DNA of 60,264 nt, the filler included, from Sphacelaria rigidula (Eukaryota), in assembly GCA_964200075.2 (NCBI GenBank). It is 7 parts of 7 records of this genome, joined end to end, with 100 filler letters (N's around TTAATTAATTAA, not from the genome) between each part and the next. Parts side by side here need not be neighbours in the genome. Positions count along the whole stretch, not along the records: positions 43,119 to 51,641 come from CAXNAA020010894.1; positions 51,742 to 60,264 come from CAXNAA020010895.1; 5 more parts are not named here. The stretch is one strand, 5' to 3'. This document shows, piece after piece, positions 48,259 to 60,264 of the stretch (the stretch's first letter is position 1; the number at the start of each line of letters is the position of its first letter). Below the pieces are notes generated by a model. The model searched no databases. It was not told where the DNA came from and saw only the letters and a list, made by a program, of their open reading frames with translations. A program made the translations under genes and the position numbers.

Positions 48259-49094
48259 GGCCCCTCGGCCATATATGGTTCCTCTCCCGGCATTGCCCCG
48301 TCATCCCTAAAGATGTATGCATGCCCCGGGAAGTGAACTGGAAGCGGGTCACCACCACCACCACCACCACCACCACCACCACCACCACCACCACCACCAA
48401 TACCAACACCAACAACACAGCCGCCGCCGCCGCCGCCGCCGCCCATACCGAGCCCCGACTCTACAGATAATCCCCTCGGGTGGAAACGACCCCCTATGCA
48501 CCCAGCCCTGCTCTTGACCTTGGCCACACGACGCTTCTCGCCCTCGTTCTCCCTACCGTGGTACGCGACTTCGTCTCGCAGCGCCATGTTGCACAAATTG
48601 TTCGACCCAGCAGGCGGGATCATCGGCGGCGGCGACGAAGGCGCCATCGGAGCACCTAGCACTGTCTGCGGCGGAGATAGCTGAGTTGGCGGCGCCGTCC
48701 TGACCGGCGACCGAACCCCGTCCTCCCACATCCCCCAGGAATCGTCCACGGCATTGACGTTGCGGCCAACGATACTACTGTCTCCAGACGGTACCCTACC
48801 CGCACCACGGCCATCATCATCGGGAGGCGGGGTGGCGGTAGCGGAGAGGATTTGCAAGGATGTAGACGGGGCCTTGCGGCCGCAGCGCGACTTAGTACGC
48901 TTACGGTCGCCGGTGTAGTGCGACAAGACATGTGTTTCAGCGGTTGGGTTCAGTTCCTCCTCGTCTCTGTTACTCCATGCAGACCAGTGGAGGGAATATC
49001 TATCCATCATCGTCGCCATATCCCCGATCTCGCTCTCTCCGTCCGTTATCGCTCGTTGGATCGTTCGAATGTGCCTCTTCCTTTCCCTATTCAC
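48259..49094 (-). CDS. Upstream exon of probably the same uncharacterised gene, with poly-Gly tracts
   Basis: Long GC-rich ORF with donor CCG|GTGAGT at 48259/48258. The (CAC)n/(CCG)n microsatellite at 48350-48442 encodes poly-Gly. Confidence 0.55.
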
Positions 49095-49668
49095 TAGTGT
49101 TTTCCCTCTGCTCTGGCTTCTGGTTGACGAGCTTCACCTGTGTGGGGACGGCGGACAACGGAGGTCGACAAGAGGCGAGTAGGCTGTGATGGTGATGACC
49201 TAACAGGGGTAATGAACGTCATCATTTTGACTTCCAATCAACCGCCCCAACTTGGCGGCCGAGGTAGAAATACGCACGCAATGACCCTTCTCCGACTGCC
49301 TGAGATGTCTTTGAGGATTTCCCTTGTAGTGCAGGAGGGTCATTGGTGTTCCTCGACATCAAGCCATCAAAATCAGCCCGCATCGGCCCGAAATGGCCGT
49401 GAGATGGACCGACTACCTCTGCAGCCAAAGGCATCTTAAAAGTGTACACATTGAGTACCAACGGCGCAAGACCCCGAAAAGTGCAGATTTTCAAGATAAG
49501 CATAGACCACGCTAAGGGCTGACCCGTACAGCGTTGAAGGCCGATAAGGGAGTATATTTGTCCTACACATGCACGCTCTGAAACCGACCGATCACCTTCG
49601 CCTCATGTTCTGGAGAGAAAGCACCCGAAGCTGTTTCTGTCATTTTTCAGCACGATTTGATATTCAAC

Positions 49669-50055
49669 CACGTGTTCGTGATATCAGGAACGGAATTTTC
49701 TTTCGGAACGTGAGGTTTTACGTTATTCACACCAAGACGGTCGAATCGTCCGACAAGGCCGTCGCCCCCCTGAAGGCCCGTGATCTGACGGGAATTTTGA
49801 CCCAAAATGACGTAGTCACTGCATGGTGCTGAGGGAAAATGTGTCGTGAAAAAAGAAGAGAAAAATCTGCATATGTGCGGCCGTATCTCACGAAAGGCAT
49901 CACCGACTTCAAATCTGATTGCGCCAAAATTCCCGTCAGATCACGGGCTTTCAGGTGGTTGACGGCCGTTTCGGACGACTCGATCGCCTCGGTGTAAATC
50001 GCTAAAAACACTCCCGTTTCGGAAGAAAAACCCGTGCCCGATCTCACGAACATGT
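49669..50055. repeat. Diverged long inverted repeat (arms ~49669-49806 and ~49919-50055)
   Basis: The left arm ...CCTGAAGGCCCGTGATCTGACGGGAATTTTG is the reverse complement of the right arm CAAAATTCCCGTCAGATCACGGGCTTTCAGG; similarity extends over ~135 bp. Confidence 0.85.
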
Positions 50056-50092
50056 TGTTTATTGCGATTCAATTTGCACTTCTAGTGTAATA

Positions 50093-50657
50093 CTCCCTCT
50101 GTCTCATAGGTTAGGGTACCTATGGCCAATATCTTGTCTGGGTACAACCGTGTTAGTGAGGATAGTACAGTTAGGCTTGTTCGAAAAAAAAACGGGGTTC
50201 TACTTCTTCACCGAAAATGGGTGAAAATCTACCCTAGTTTGAGAATATTTTTGATATATATATTTTTTTATGTTATCGAGAATTCTCTAAAACATTCTCG
50301 GGAGCGTCAAAATTTAGTACCCTAACTACTCACTACACCATTCTAGCGACGGACTCGCCCCCCAGCATACCCCCACCTCGCAAACGGGGGATATCGGTTG
50401 GTGGCCGCTACGCAATGGCGGTAGAGATTGCGACGGTCATGCAGTCAGAGTTGTCCCGTGGGAAAGACGTGAAATACGGCCAATGGGGACCGACTGATTT
50501 TTATCGGCCGCTCGGCCGCATGGTTCAAGCACCGGCTGGAAAAAAAATGTTTCACTCGAAAAACACCCAAGATTCCAACAAAGAAATCGAAAAACAGATC
50601 GGACACGGTTGAGCGCCCGTGCAAATCTAGGTACCCTCACTTATGAGACACACGAAC
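50093..50657. mobile_element. Non-autonomous Tc1/mariner (Stowaway-like) element
   Basis: Left end TA|CTCCCTCTGTCTCATAGGTTAGGGTACCTA (Stowaway-type CTCCCTC start); right end TAGGTACCCTCACTTATGAGACACACGAAC|TA. Confidence 0.7.
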
Positions 50658-53004
50658 TATATCTGTAATATTTTCCCGGTGAAGCGTCAACTTCCGTCGA
50701 TGATATCGTGAATGTTTCATGCATAGCATGTAGCTTTAATTCCATGATTTCCTAAATGTGAAATGTAGCTTAATCGGGTCGTCACGACAACCAAAACTCA
50801 TACTCGTGGCCTATCACACTCTACTGTATATAGACAAAACTGTAGGGATACTTTGTACCGTGTGTTCAAAGTCTGAAGTGACATGCACTTCAAGCATAGG
50901 AAACCACTGACCGGATACACTAGTATTTTTCATTTGGAGACAGACGTGCTATGGGTGCTCGGAGACATCATACTTTGCGTACTTCATCTCGACCGACGTG
51001 GCATGCTGTGTGCTGTGTTGCCACAGGGTGATGTCTCCACCATATATATGCCCACTCACTGGTGTTAAAATCACGGTATATTTTCCATCGCTCCGAACAT
51101 GTACAGTGTGTCAACAACACCGAGACGAACTCTGACCCGCCCTTAGAACTCTGACCCGCCCTTAGCTTGTATTATGGAGGAAGAAAGGTCTTCACCCCGG
51201 CAATTTGTTTTCGCTTTTTGGTGACAATCAAGGCCGGGGCGGGTAGAGCATATACCCTATAGCCGGGTATGTTTTCAATTGGTACTTCTAGTAGGGCTCG
51301 AAAAAAATGGTAGCGTATTGACGCCGTGCTAAAATATCCGACTATTATTGGGGAGAGTATTGAGATCGTCCTCACCTCTATCCGAAGTTTTGGTAGAGTA
51401 TTCAAACCATCCTCAATTATTACTTTATACCCGGGTATCAATAAGGTTACTTACCCAATTTGGGGGTAGCGTTTTGAGATCATACTCGAAGTACCCATAT
51501 TTGGGAGTAGAGTATTGAGATCATACCGAAATGTCAAAAAACATGGGTAGAGTAAATCCCCGGCAGTATTGTTGAAGGGCAGTCGAATGTGTTCATGTCT
51601 ACCTGTCGCACGTCGAGTTTGGAAAACCGAGTTCCACTCCCNNNNNNNNNNNNNNNNNNNNNNNNNNNNNNNNNNNNNNNNNNNNTTAATTAATTAANNN
51701 NNNNNNNNNNNNNNNNNNNNNNNNNNNNNNNNNNNNNNNNNCCGTGCAAGACAGATGTGCCACTTCAGCCCCATATTTTGTATGAACCCCAAAATATAAA
51801 ATCGGCTGTTATTTGGTTATTCGAATCGGCGATGATCAGTCCGAGCCGTAGAAAATAGGAGCAATGCTACGGTGGGGGTGCACTTTTTTCGCGAAATTTT
51901 GTCTAGTTCAGGGGCTCCTAACAACTCTAGACGCATAAGAATATGGGCCAGGGCATCCCTGTTTGCAGATTTATTCGGGATATCCCCAGCGCATTGGAAT
52001 AGTAATCATGGCGTACTCTCGAATATTTTCATAAGCAGTGTTATGGATGAGATAAAGGGCTCCTAACAATTCTAACCTCAGAAATTATTTGAGTACCCCT
52101 ACCGTAGCATCACTCATAGATACCACGTGTAAATTACACAACAAGTTACGGGCAGACCTTTTCACTTTAGAGCAGAAGGGCCCAGCCGAGACCATTTCGG
52201 TTTCAACGCCGAAGTCCGGGACCGCAACTTCACATCACAATCACCGAAATAAATTGAAATTGGAAGCGCCCTGGACACAGGGCAAAATTTTTACAGCAAA
52301 AGTTTGTAAATTTGGCGTTAGCTATCTCTTCGTGACTCGGAGTGGTGTAAAGTGGGAATATCGAAGGGTTGGGTGTTCATGATGGTCGTTTTAGACCTCG
52401 TAAAAGTTGTTCAGAAATTAGACAAGCTTGCATGGAGCTACCGAATACAACGGCAGTCACCACCATTCTATGTTGAAATCGACGGTATTACTAGACAAAA
52501 ATTATATATGAGTTTTAAAGCTTTAGTTTGACTAGTTGATGGTAGTAAGTGAGCTCTGGGGGTGTTGTAGACTCTGGCCACCATTGTTGCGTAGTTCAGA
52601 TACACGATTGCAGTCGGAACATGTGTAGTAGGCGTATTTACGACTAGTTCATAGATCGTGGGTCTGCGAGTAAGCTCGGTGAGTTTTGTGAGTATTTCAT
52701 CGCGATTGTTTAGAGCTGTTTGCTCACTCGATGCGAGAGAGGCTGGGACGCTGCTCTCCAGTACGATGTGCTGAGCTTAATGTATGAATAACAATAGCTG
52801 CTAACGTTTCACGTGCCCAGAATGTGAGGAGCTCACATCGTTGTCTGGTCTTGAGTGCAGAATTCTACAAACCTCAGCTGCCATTGTTGGAGCATTCACC
52901 AAAGCCACACTGGGCTAAAAAGTGGTAACGCGTAGCGGGAACGTGGTATGGCGTACAAGCGACCGACCGACTGCCAAGTGCGGAACCGCCCTTTTCTGTG
53001 CGCG

Positions 53005-54111
53005 GTTGTATGTACATGCTTCCATAGAGAATGCGTATGCTTTGAGTGCGACGTTACAAATCATACACGTTTGATTGCTATTATCGAGGAATTTTGTACG
53101 GCATCGAGAAATGCTACATACAAAACATGCCGATCGCTGACGTGTTGGCTGGGCAATGCTCTGTCCCCGGCTACCCGCAGCCCTCCTCCGAACAAACCCA
53201 TCTCACGTCAGGTATCAGCTATAATTCACCCTACCGACGCTACCCTCTCCTCCATTGGGGCTAAGGCTCTAGAACGACAAGAGCACGTTGCCCACCAATA
53301 GGACGTGAGTGCTGAACCACGCTCGATAGTTGCTACATATGAAACACGCCAACTGCTGAAGTCTCGGCTAGGAGATGTCCTGTCCCAACTCGCCCGAGGC
53401 CATCCCCCCAACTCTGCCCCGTCTCGAAAGGGACGCGTGATCAATGGTCAAATGACCAAGGCAAGCAATAAATGAGAACGCCCCACTCCCCCCCCCCCCT
53501 CTACCCCCCCTGTACACCGTTGTATGTATATGCTTACATAGAGAATGCGTATGCTTTGAGTGCGACGTTACAAACCATACACGTGTGACTTGCTATTCTC
53601 GAGGAATGATTGCATGGGATCGACAATTGCTACATACAAAACATGCCGATCGCTGACGTGTTGGCTGGGCAGTGTTCTGTCCCCAGCTACCCGCAGCCCT
53701 CCTCCGAACTAACCCATCCCACATCAGGTATCAACTACAATCTAATGTCGCACCTAGGGGAATCATACTCTTGGGAAATGCAAGATAAGGCTACTGCCGG
53801 CACGACGTTTGACCCAACAACGAGTCCAAACAGCCGAGCCAGTCCACCCTACCGACGCTACTCTCTCCTCCATTGGGGCTACGGCTCTAGAACGACAAGA
53901 GCACGATGCCCACCAATAGGACGTGAGTGCTGAACCACGCTCGATAGTTGCTACATATGAAACACGCCAACTGCTAAAGTCTCGGCGAGGAGATGTCCTG
54001 TCCCAACTCGCCCGAGGCCATCCCCCCAACTCTGCCCCGTCTCGAAAGGGACGCGTGATCAATGGTCAAATGACCAAGGTAAGCAATAAATGAGAACGCC
54101 CACTCCCCCCC
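53005..54111. repeat. Tandem duplication of a ~500-600-bp element (53005-~53500 and 53519-~54111)
   Basis: High identity throughout. The second copy has ~100 extra bp (~53742-53843). Each copy ends in the GGTCAAATGAC/poly-C dispersed repeat. Confidence 0.9.
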
Positions 54112-56831
54112 ACCACCTCCTTTCCCCCCCCCCTCCGGCCTCTCACTCGCAAACCAACCAAATCGCCAACACCACTGACTTTATGAAAGCCACGACAAGC
54201 TACAAAATGGACCCGTGTGTGGAACAGGGCATGGCAGGCAAACAAAAAATCCAGTTACGTTTCTTTATCTGACGTGGTTCAATGAGACGTTCTTCGAGAG
54301 CTACGGCCACTTAGAGTATATGCACTGTAGAACAAACGTACTGACACCTATATTTGATGGGACAGTAGATGCTCCAACGGTTTTGACAACTGCTATACAC
54401 ACGTCAAATGAAATGCGCGCAGCCCCTGAAGATCAACCCTGAATCTACCCTTCCCACGGAAGCACGTTGGCTATTAGTGCTGATACCGCAAAATCACCAA
54501 CGTCTTACAAAAGAAATGAAAAAGAAAAGACACAACGAAATACGCCACAAAAAGTGATGACTCGATTGAGTTGGAGAAACGTTTGAGATACACAACGAAA
54601 TCCGAAAAGCGCAACGACCGGGCCACCTTGTCACGTTGAACTACACACTTTCGCCCGCGATATGACGTAAAGCCTGGACTACGGAACAGTCGCGCTCCCT
54701 TCGACCCTCGTCACGAACTCCCATCTCTCTAACTTAGTCCCCGTTATCCTTGCTGCGCTATCCTGCACCGCCACGCTACCATCAATCTTCGGTTTATAAA
54801 AAGATACACCTAGTACCAGATAGTACACCATCTTCAGGTCAGCTTCCCTCTTCTTTGTAAAATTGAGTCAACGACACCCACAATGAGGCGGAAAAAACAA
54901 ATCCTCATGAAAAAGAATACGAGAAAAATATGCACCAGAGTCTTAATAATAATATAGTATTCGCCGTTGTGTCGCCGCGCTCTGAGTAGCGGAAGAGCTT
55001 CCCGATTCACCTAAAGGGAAGAGAGTGCGCCGTGAACAGCTTCAGATATCCTCCTTGTCGCTATCGTCGTTTCCATGCCGCCGCTGCTGCTGCTGCTGCT
55101 GATGTCCGTCCCCAGCAATTTGGTGCGCCGCGAGCTGGACCTGCTGCTGGGGCCTAGACGAAGGTTGAGTACCCTGCGGTTGCTGCGGTGGCACACCCGG
55201 CGTCCCACAAGCTATGGCTTTCATCTTGAGAGATGCAGCGAGGAAGATCGTGGAAGCCGGAATTCTTGCGCGTCGCCGCCCAGCCTGGCCTAAAGGATGA
55301 ACCTACGCGTCCGAACCATGCGAACGCGTGGTAGAATCGGTAGTGGCCGAGATCGCGGACGGGCGGGTGTGCGGAGTAGAAATATAACAAGAAAGAGACG
55401 AACGGCAGATGGGAGATACATACAGGCGTACATGGTCGAGACTTGATGACCTCCCCAGCTCATGTTGCATGCTGAACGATTGTACTGAAGTGAGCATGAA
55501 ATCCGTATCCTTGTAAGCGAGGTGGGCATACTCTCAGGAGGACTTCTCATTTTATTTCATAACGTGAATGAATGGATTGAAAATAGTAAGTATGCAACAT
55601 CTTATGGTGAATAGCGCAGATCAACAGGGGGAAGGGGTTGCGGGGAGGGGAGGTGCACTCATAAGGGATGGTTGCAGGGAGGGGGTGGTTTTGTCGTCCA
55701 AACTTGTTCACTTGATCGCGCAGGGCAATCACGTGCATTCCGATGACCTCCAGAATCCGTGCTGGGTGTGGCGTGATACGGGTGATTCATGTGTGAAACA
55801 AACCTGAAGCAGACACTTGGTCAAACATCCCTGTCTCCCTCGAGATGCTGTGAGGATAAGTATGTGGCATGGCTTTACTGTTCCGAGTGCAGGAGGGGAG
55901 TCGCCACAAGTGGAGATAGTACGTGAATAAGGAAGGTATCCGAATGAAAATGTGGGCGAGCCTCCTCGGGCAATGGCGGGCTAATGTAGCCTGACACGAG
56001 AAAGCCTCGGGATAAAACATCTCGCGACGTAGAGCAGTCAAGATCAGTCCGGCAAAATGTGTCCAACCGGCGGGTCGATAGGTGGGGTTCAATCTATTGC
56101 AGTTGTGAAATATTTGGAAAGGGATTTCGACCACCGAAAAAACTGGCTCGTTTTCAAAGCTGGGAGCAACATTTTTTAAACGTGGGAAATCATGAACAGC
56201 TTAGGAATAAGTGGGGTCATTCGGTTCGAGCGCAAAAAATGTACGTTTGACGATGGGATCGTCGAGAAAACAACGGTGAACCAAACCTGATGGCGGCTTG
56301 CATGCTCCAGGCGTTTCCAGCTCAGTTTTTTCACTTTAATGTTTTTCATCGGGAGAAACGTTCCACCAGCTATCTCAATGTGTCTCAGCACGCTTATCCA
56401 CAACAACATTTCGCGCAATCGCAGAGGCATCATCCCAATACTCTGGGAAGTTGCGTGTGGTGAACGTTGCCGTGACATCGGGGTGTTGGTATTGGGACAT
56501 ATGTGTTGTATTTTTCAGAAAGTCCCGGCCTCGAAGTCGGGGCTGATCTTTACCTCACACTGCAGAAGTACTTGAATATAGTTTATTGTCAACAAAGCAA
56601 TGTCGGTGATAGATTATATAGGAAAGCTGGGTAGGCAACCTTTGCAGGCTGAAAGGTGATTCCGATCGCTGTCAGACGTTGATACCGGTATTTTTTTTCA
56701 CCACTGTCTTCATTACTACGCCGTGACATGAACCCAGCATAATGCCATCTCGAGGAATCATACGTAAAAACCAATGTTTCGATTAAGGAAGCTCCCATCG
56801 CCCATACTATCGTGGCTATACTGCCTCTCAC

Positions 56832-58055
56832 CTCGCCTTTTCCCTTGCTGCCCCCACTCTCTAAGCTGTCGTCCTTGCCTTCACTGTTGCTGGCCCTTTT
56901 TCTCTCGTTCTGGTCGCCGCCTTCCCTCTGATCTACCGTGCCTTCTCTGCTGCCATCATCGTAGCTGTTTTCCCCTTCCCGTCCATGATGGCGACACTTC
57001 TCGGCCTCAACTACCTCCCGCAATACTGCATCACGTTGCTGCGGCGAAGCCGAGTTACCGCTGTCACCATCATCGACATCTTCGACATCATCGTCATCGT
57101 CATCTTCATCATCATCGTCGTCGTCTCCATCGTCATTGTCATCATCGTCACGATCGTCGTCGTCGTCGTCGTCGTCGTCATCTTCGTCGTCATCGTCGTC
57201 ACTCTCGTCATCAATATCGTCATCGTTGTCCTCATCATCACCACCACCATGATCTTCTCCGCCATCGTCATCACTGTCATCGGCTTCATCGCCATCATCA
57301 GTGGCGCGGCTACGCCGATAGTCTTGCCCGTTCTGCTCGTCGTCGCTGTTCATCTCCTCATCTTCCTGCACAGCTAAGGAGGGGTATGTCCTTCGCTGCT
57401 GCCGCCCGCCGGATGATGTCCGGGCGTTGGCTTCATCAGCATCATCATCGCTTCCGCAAAGAGATGGTCCACTGTCGTAACCTGAGTAGTGCGAGTCGTC
57501 GTCACCGTCACCAGTACGTACCTGTTGTCGCTGCAGCTGCCACTGCCACTGCTGCCACTGCTGCTGCCACTGCTGCTGCTGCTCCCGCCGCCGTAGCCGG
57601 CGCCACCCCCCAGCCGCCGCAAGATAGGGTTGGGCCGTCCGTCGCCCCGTCGGCTGGTGTATTCCCATATCGAATCGTTGTCTAGACTCAGGCAAGAGCT
57701 GCGCCCCCCGATCTGACATCGGCCCCGTGTGCTGTTGCTGTTGTTGCTGCTGTTGCTGCTGCTCCCGACGCAACGGCCCCCCAGCCGCCGCACGATAGGG
57801 CTGAGCCGTCCATCGTCTTGACGTTTGGTATGTAATACCCTGAAACAGCGGCCGAGACCCAGGCGAGGGGTCAGCACCCTGCTCTGACGCCGGTCCAGTG
57901 TGCTGCTGTTGCTGCTTCTGCTGCTGCTGTACAGGCGGACCCTCTGGACGGGGCTCCCGAAGTTGTTGCTCCTGCCCAGCAGAGGGGGGAGCGTAACTGA
58001 AACCCTCTTGAGCAGCTTGAGAGGCTCCCGGTTGGCTCAAGCTCTCGGACTGCTC
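56832..58055 (-). CDS. 1224-bp phase-0 exon of an uncharacterised Gln-rich/Asp-rich protein
   Basis: Acceptor TCTTCTTTTCATCAG| at 58056 and donor GAG|GTGAGA at 56831. It contains poly-Q tracts, two ~58-aa internal repeats and a long poly-Asp tract. Further possible exons lie near 55804-56130 and 55042-55289. Confidence 0.7.
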
Positions 58056-59656
58056 CTGATGAAAAGAAGAGAAAACAACGCCACCGACCGTTGGACAGGC
58101 AGGAGTAGAGGGGAGAGCATTGATCTGAATATTCAAACCAAGTGAGTGCAGCGCGAGGTGGGGGCGGTGGGCGGCGCGCGAAGAGAAGGGGGCGGTCACA
58201 ACAAAAAGTAAGATGCAACCAAACATAATACGCACTGATGAGATGTCGGACACCGCTACAAGTGCACCCATCGACAGGGAGTCTCCACGAGCGTGTTGAC
58301 CACGACCAAACTAACGGTCGCGGGATTACAGTTGGGGTCGATGTGCATTTTATCTCTTTGCTACATGGGTGATTTCCCCCACCAACTCACACCCGAATCG
58401 ACGAAATAAGTGCCAACATAATCAACACCTCGGCTTATGCATGGATATGCCGATGATTTGACTGTTTCATCCACGAATCTACCCGGCCCGGACTATAGGA
58501 CTTGTAACGGTACAGGATATCCCGCATGTTTGCTGTGGTGAGGGAAGTATAACACCACACGATTTTACGAATTACCTGGCGCGTGCTCATTGACAATTCG
58601 CTTCGAATCCGGCTTCAAGGCAGTTTGAGCTCTACGGCGGCAAACGTGAAAAGGAGTTCCATGTACAATTGTCGATCCACCGATTTGCTTTTACAATGCG
58701 CAGGGCGTTGGCGCATTGCACCGACGACGTACCCCAGGCGGCCGGCACTAGTTCCACTTGCACTTTCATTCAATCCACATAATGCGTCTTTCAAGGCCTC
58801 CTTCGGTTTCAGAGCAGAGTACGTTTGTGTCCGAGTTGTCTGGCAACCTGGTGCCAAACAGCACGGGTGGTTTTCAGTGATCTCTTACGTTTGGGAGTTG
58901 TCCCATGTCTGAAACGGTTCCTAGTTCGTTTCTTTTGATGGTCACTTCCGCGATCGTTCTTCCTCCGTTTCTCTCGCACACAGAAGGTGGTAAAGTCTGC
59001 ACTAGTAAGCTTTTGGAAGCATCCAAAAATGATATACAAACGGTAAACTCTCAGGCAACGGAACATGTACGCTCCTCGCAGGAGATGGGCTCTTCTGGAC
59101 ATAAATCGGTCTTCCTCCTGCTGTGAATCGTCGACCAGCGAGCAGGAGGAGAAGAAGAGCATGGCTGGGGAAATGAAGGAAAAATCAAGACGTCCAGCGC
59201 CGACTGTAGAGTAGTCCACCTCCAGCACACGTACGTGCAGGTTCATGATGATATACAATTGGAGCAATCTGCTGTAGGCGTTTTCTATTGGTTGACGGAC
59301 TTGCGGGTCTGATCGGCAGACTATGTGTATTTGAACATCACATGCTTCACGCATGTGGTTACTTCCGATAACGAAGGCTGTGTGTTCATGGATAACAACT
59401 GCCTTGAAGTCTCCAGGCCCTAGTGAGGGAGGAGGCCCTTGGAGCAATCTTGTGACCTTGTTCTGAGTCCAGGAGGGCTCTATAATAAACGTTCATGAAG
59501 AGGAACCCGCTGGTTTCTGGAAGAGGTTTTTTAGCTGTGGGAAGCTGCGGAAAAATCATACCAGACTTTGTACACAGGAGTGTGCACTCTGTCAAGTGAG
59601 GGAGCTCGCTGACAACAGAGAGACGGCTAGGTTGGCTGGAACTGTTGCGTGCAGAT

Positions 59657-60177
59657 ATGGCAACGCGCAAGAAAGTGGGTGATGGCGATGCAGGCGAAGA
59701 GGTGAAGCTTAAGTTTACTAAGCTCATGCCTGCAGGATCGCTGAAAGCCCCAGAGTACGGACGGCATTTTAGCGAAAATGCGCCCCGACGTTTTTATCAG
59801 AAATACGTCGAGTATGAAGAGGCAGTCAAAATGAACAACAAAGGACGTAGCATGTAGGCCGTCTTATTGACTGTTACTGAACTGGTGCCGAAGCACATTC
59901 GTGCGTGTTTTTCACGCACGATTTTGACGGATCCGTGCTTGCCGAAGATGATCTCAAGGAGGCACTAGGCCGACATGCGACATGTTGGCAGGATGAAGAG
60001 ATTGATCCTTCAGTTGCTGCCGCTGATGTGCGGAAAGCCTTGGCGGCCCGCAACGAGCAGACTGCAATGGGAAGAGTAGAAGGGCAGTGGGGTGCCCTGG
60101 AGGATTTTTTTGCAGAGAATGGTAACGCTGAGCGTGCGTTCCGCGATGATGTAGATTTCAAACCAGGACCCGCTTAA
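59657..60177 (+). pseudogene. Degenerate ORF, possibly LTR-retrotransposon gag-like
   Basis: Protein-like helical sequence (RRFYQKYVEYEEAVKMNN...ELVPKHIR / AEDDLKEALGRHA...WGALEDFF) broken by a stop at 59855-59857 and a frameshift. The family assignment is a guess. Confidence 0.4.
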
Positions 60178-60264
60178 ATCATAACTCGAGAAATGTTGAT
60201 TGGACTGACCCCCCCCCCCCCCCCCCCCCCCACAAAAAAAACCCCAACAACACAAAAAACAACA

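Noticed and set aside
56774-57685. Plus-strand His/Arg-rich and Ile/Val-rich ORFs; also the poly-His ORF 48317-48517
   Set aside because: Alternative-frame readings of the poly-Asp, poly-Gln and poly-Gly trinucleotide tracts on the minus strand.

Overview
This is not one continuous locus. The window is seven eukaryotic contigs of almost identical length (8,524 x3, then 8,523 x4), joined by 100-bp artificial linkers (44 N + TTAATTAATTAA + 44 N). This looks like a size-sorted bin of unplaced contigs, so neighbourhood across linkers carries no biological meaning. Six contigs look like brown-algal (Phaeophyceae-type; inferred) nuclear DNA. They contain a spliced cyclophilin gene, two exons of a MAPKK-like kinase, an LRR gene built from one-repeat 72/78-bp phase-2 exons with a dead LINE in an intron, two low-complexity genes, Copia and gag-like remnants, a tRNA-derived SINE (3 copies) and several MITEs. 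The fourth contig (25873-34395) is different: intron-less, gene-dense giant-virus DNA with a complete phaeovirus-like family-B DNA polymerase and three hypothetical ORFs, one with an in-frame nonsense codon. It also carries a non-coding module of a ~425-bp unique segment followed by ~11 copies of a 79-bp palindrome-bearing repeat, and the module starts over at the contig end (period ~1.4 kb). This module is the best candidate for an undescribed element (possible origin/enhancer or recombination hotspot), but its function cannot be shown from sequence alone.
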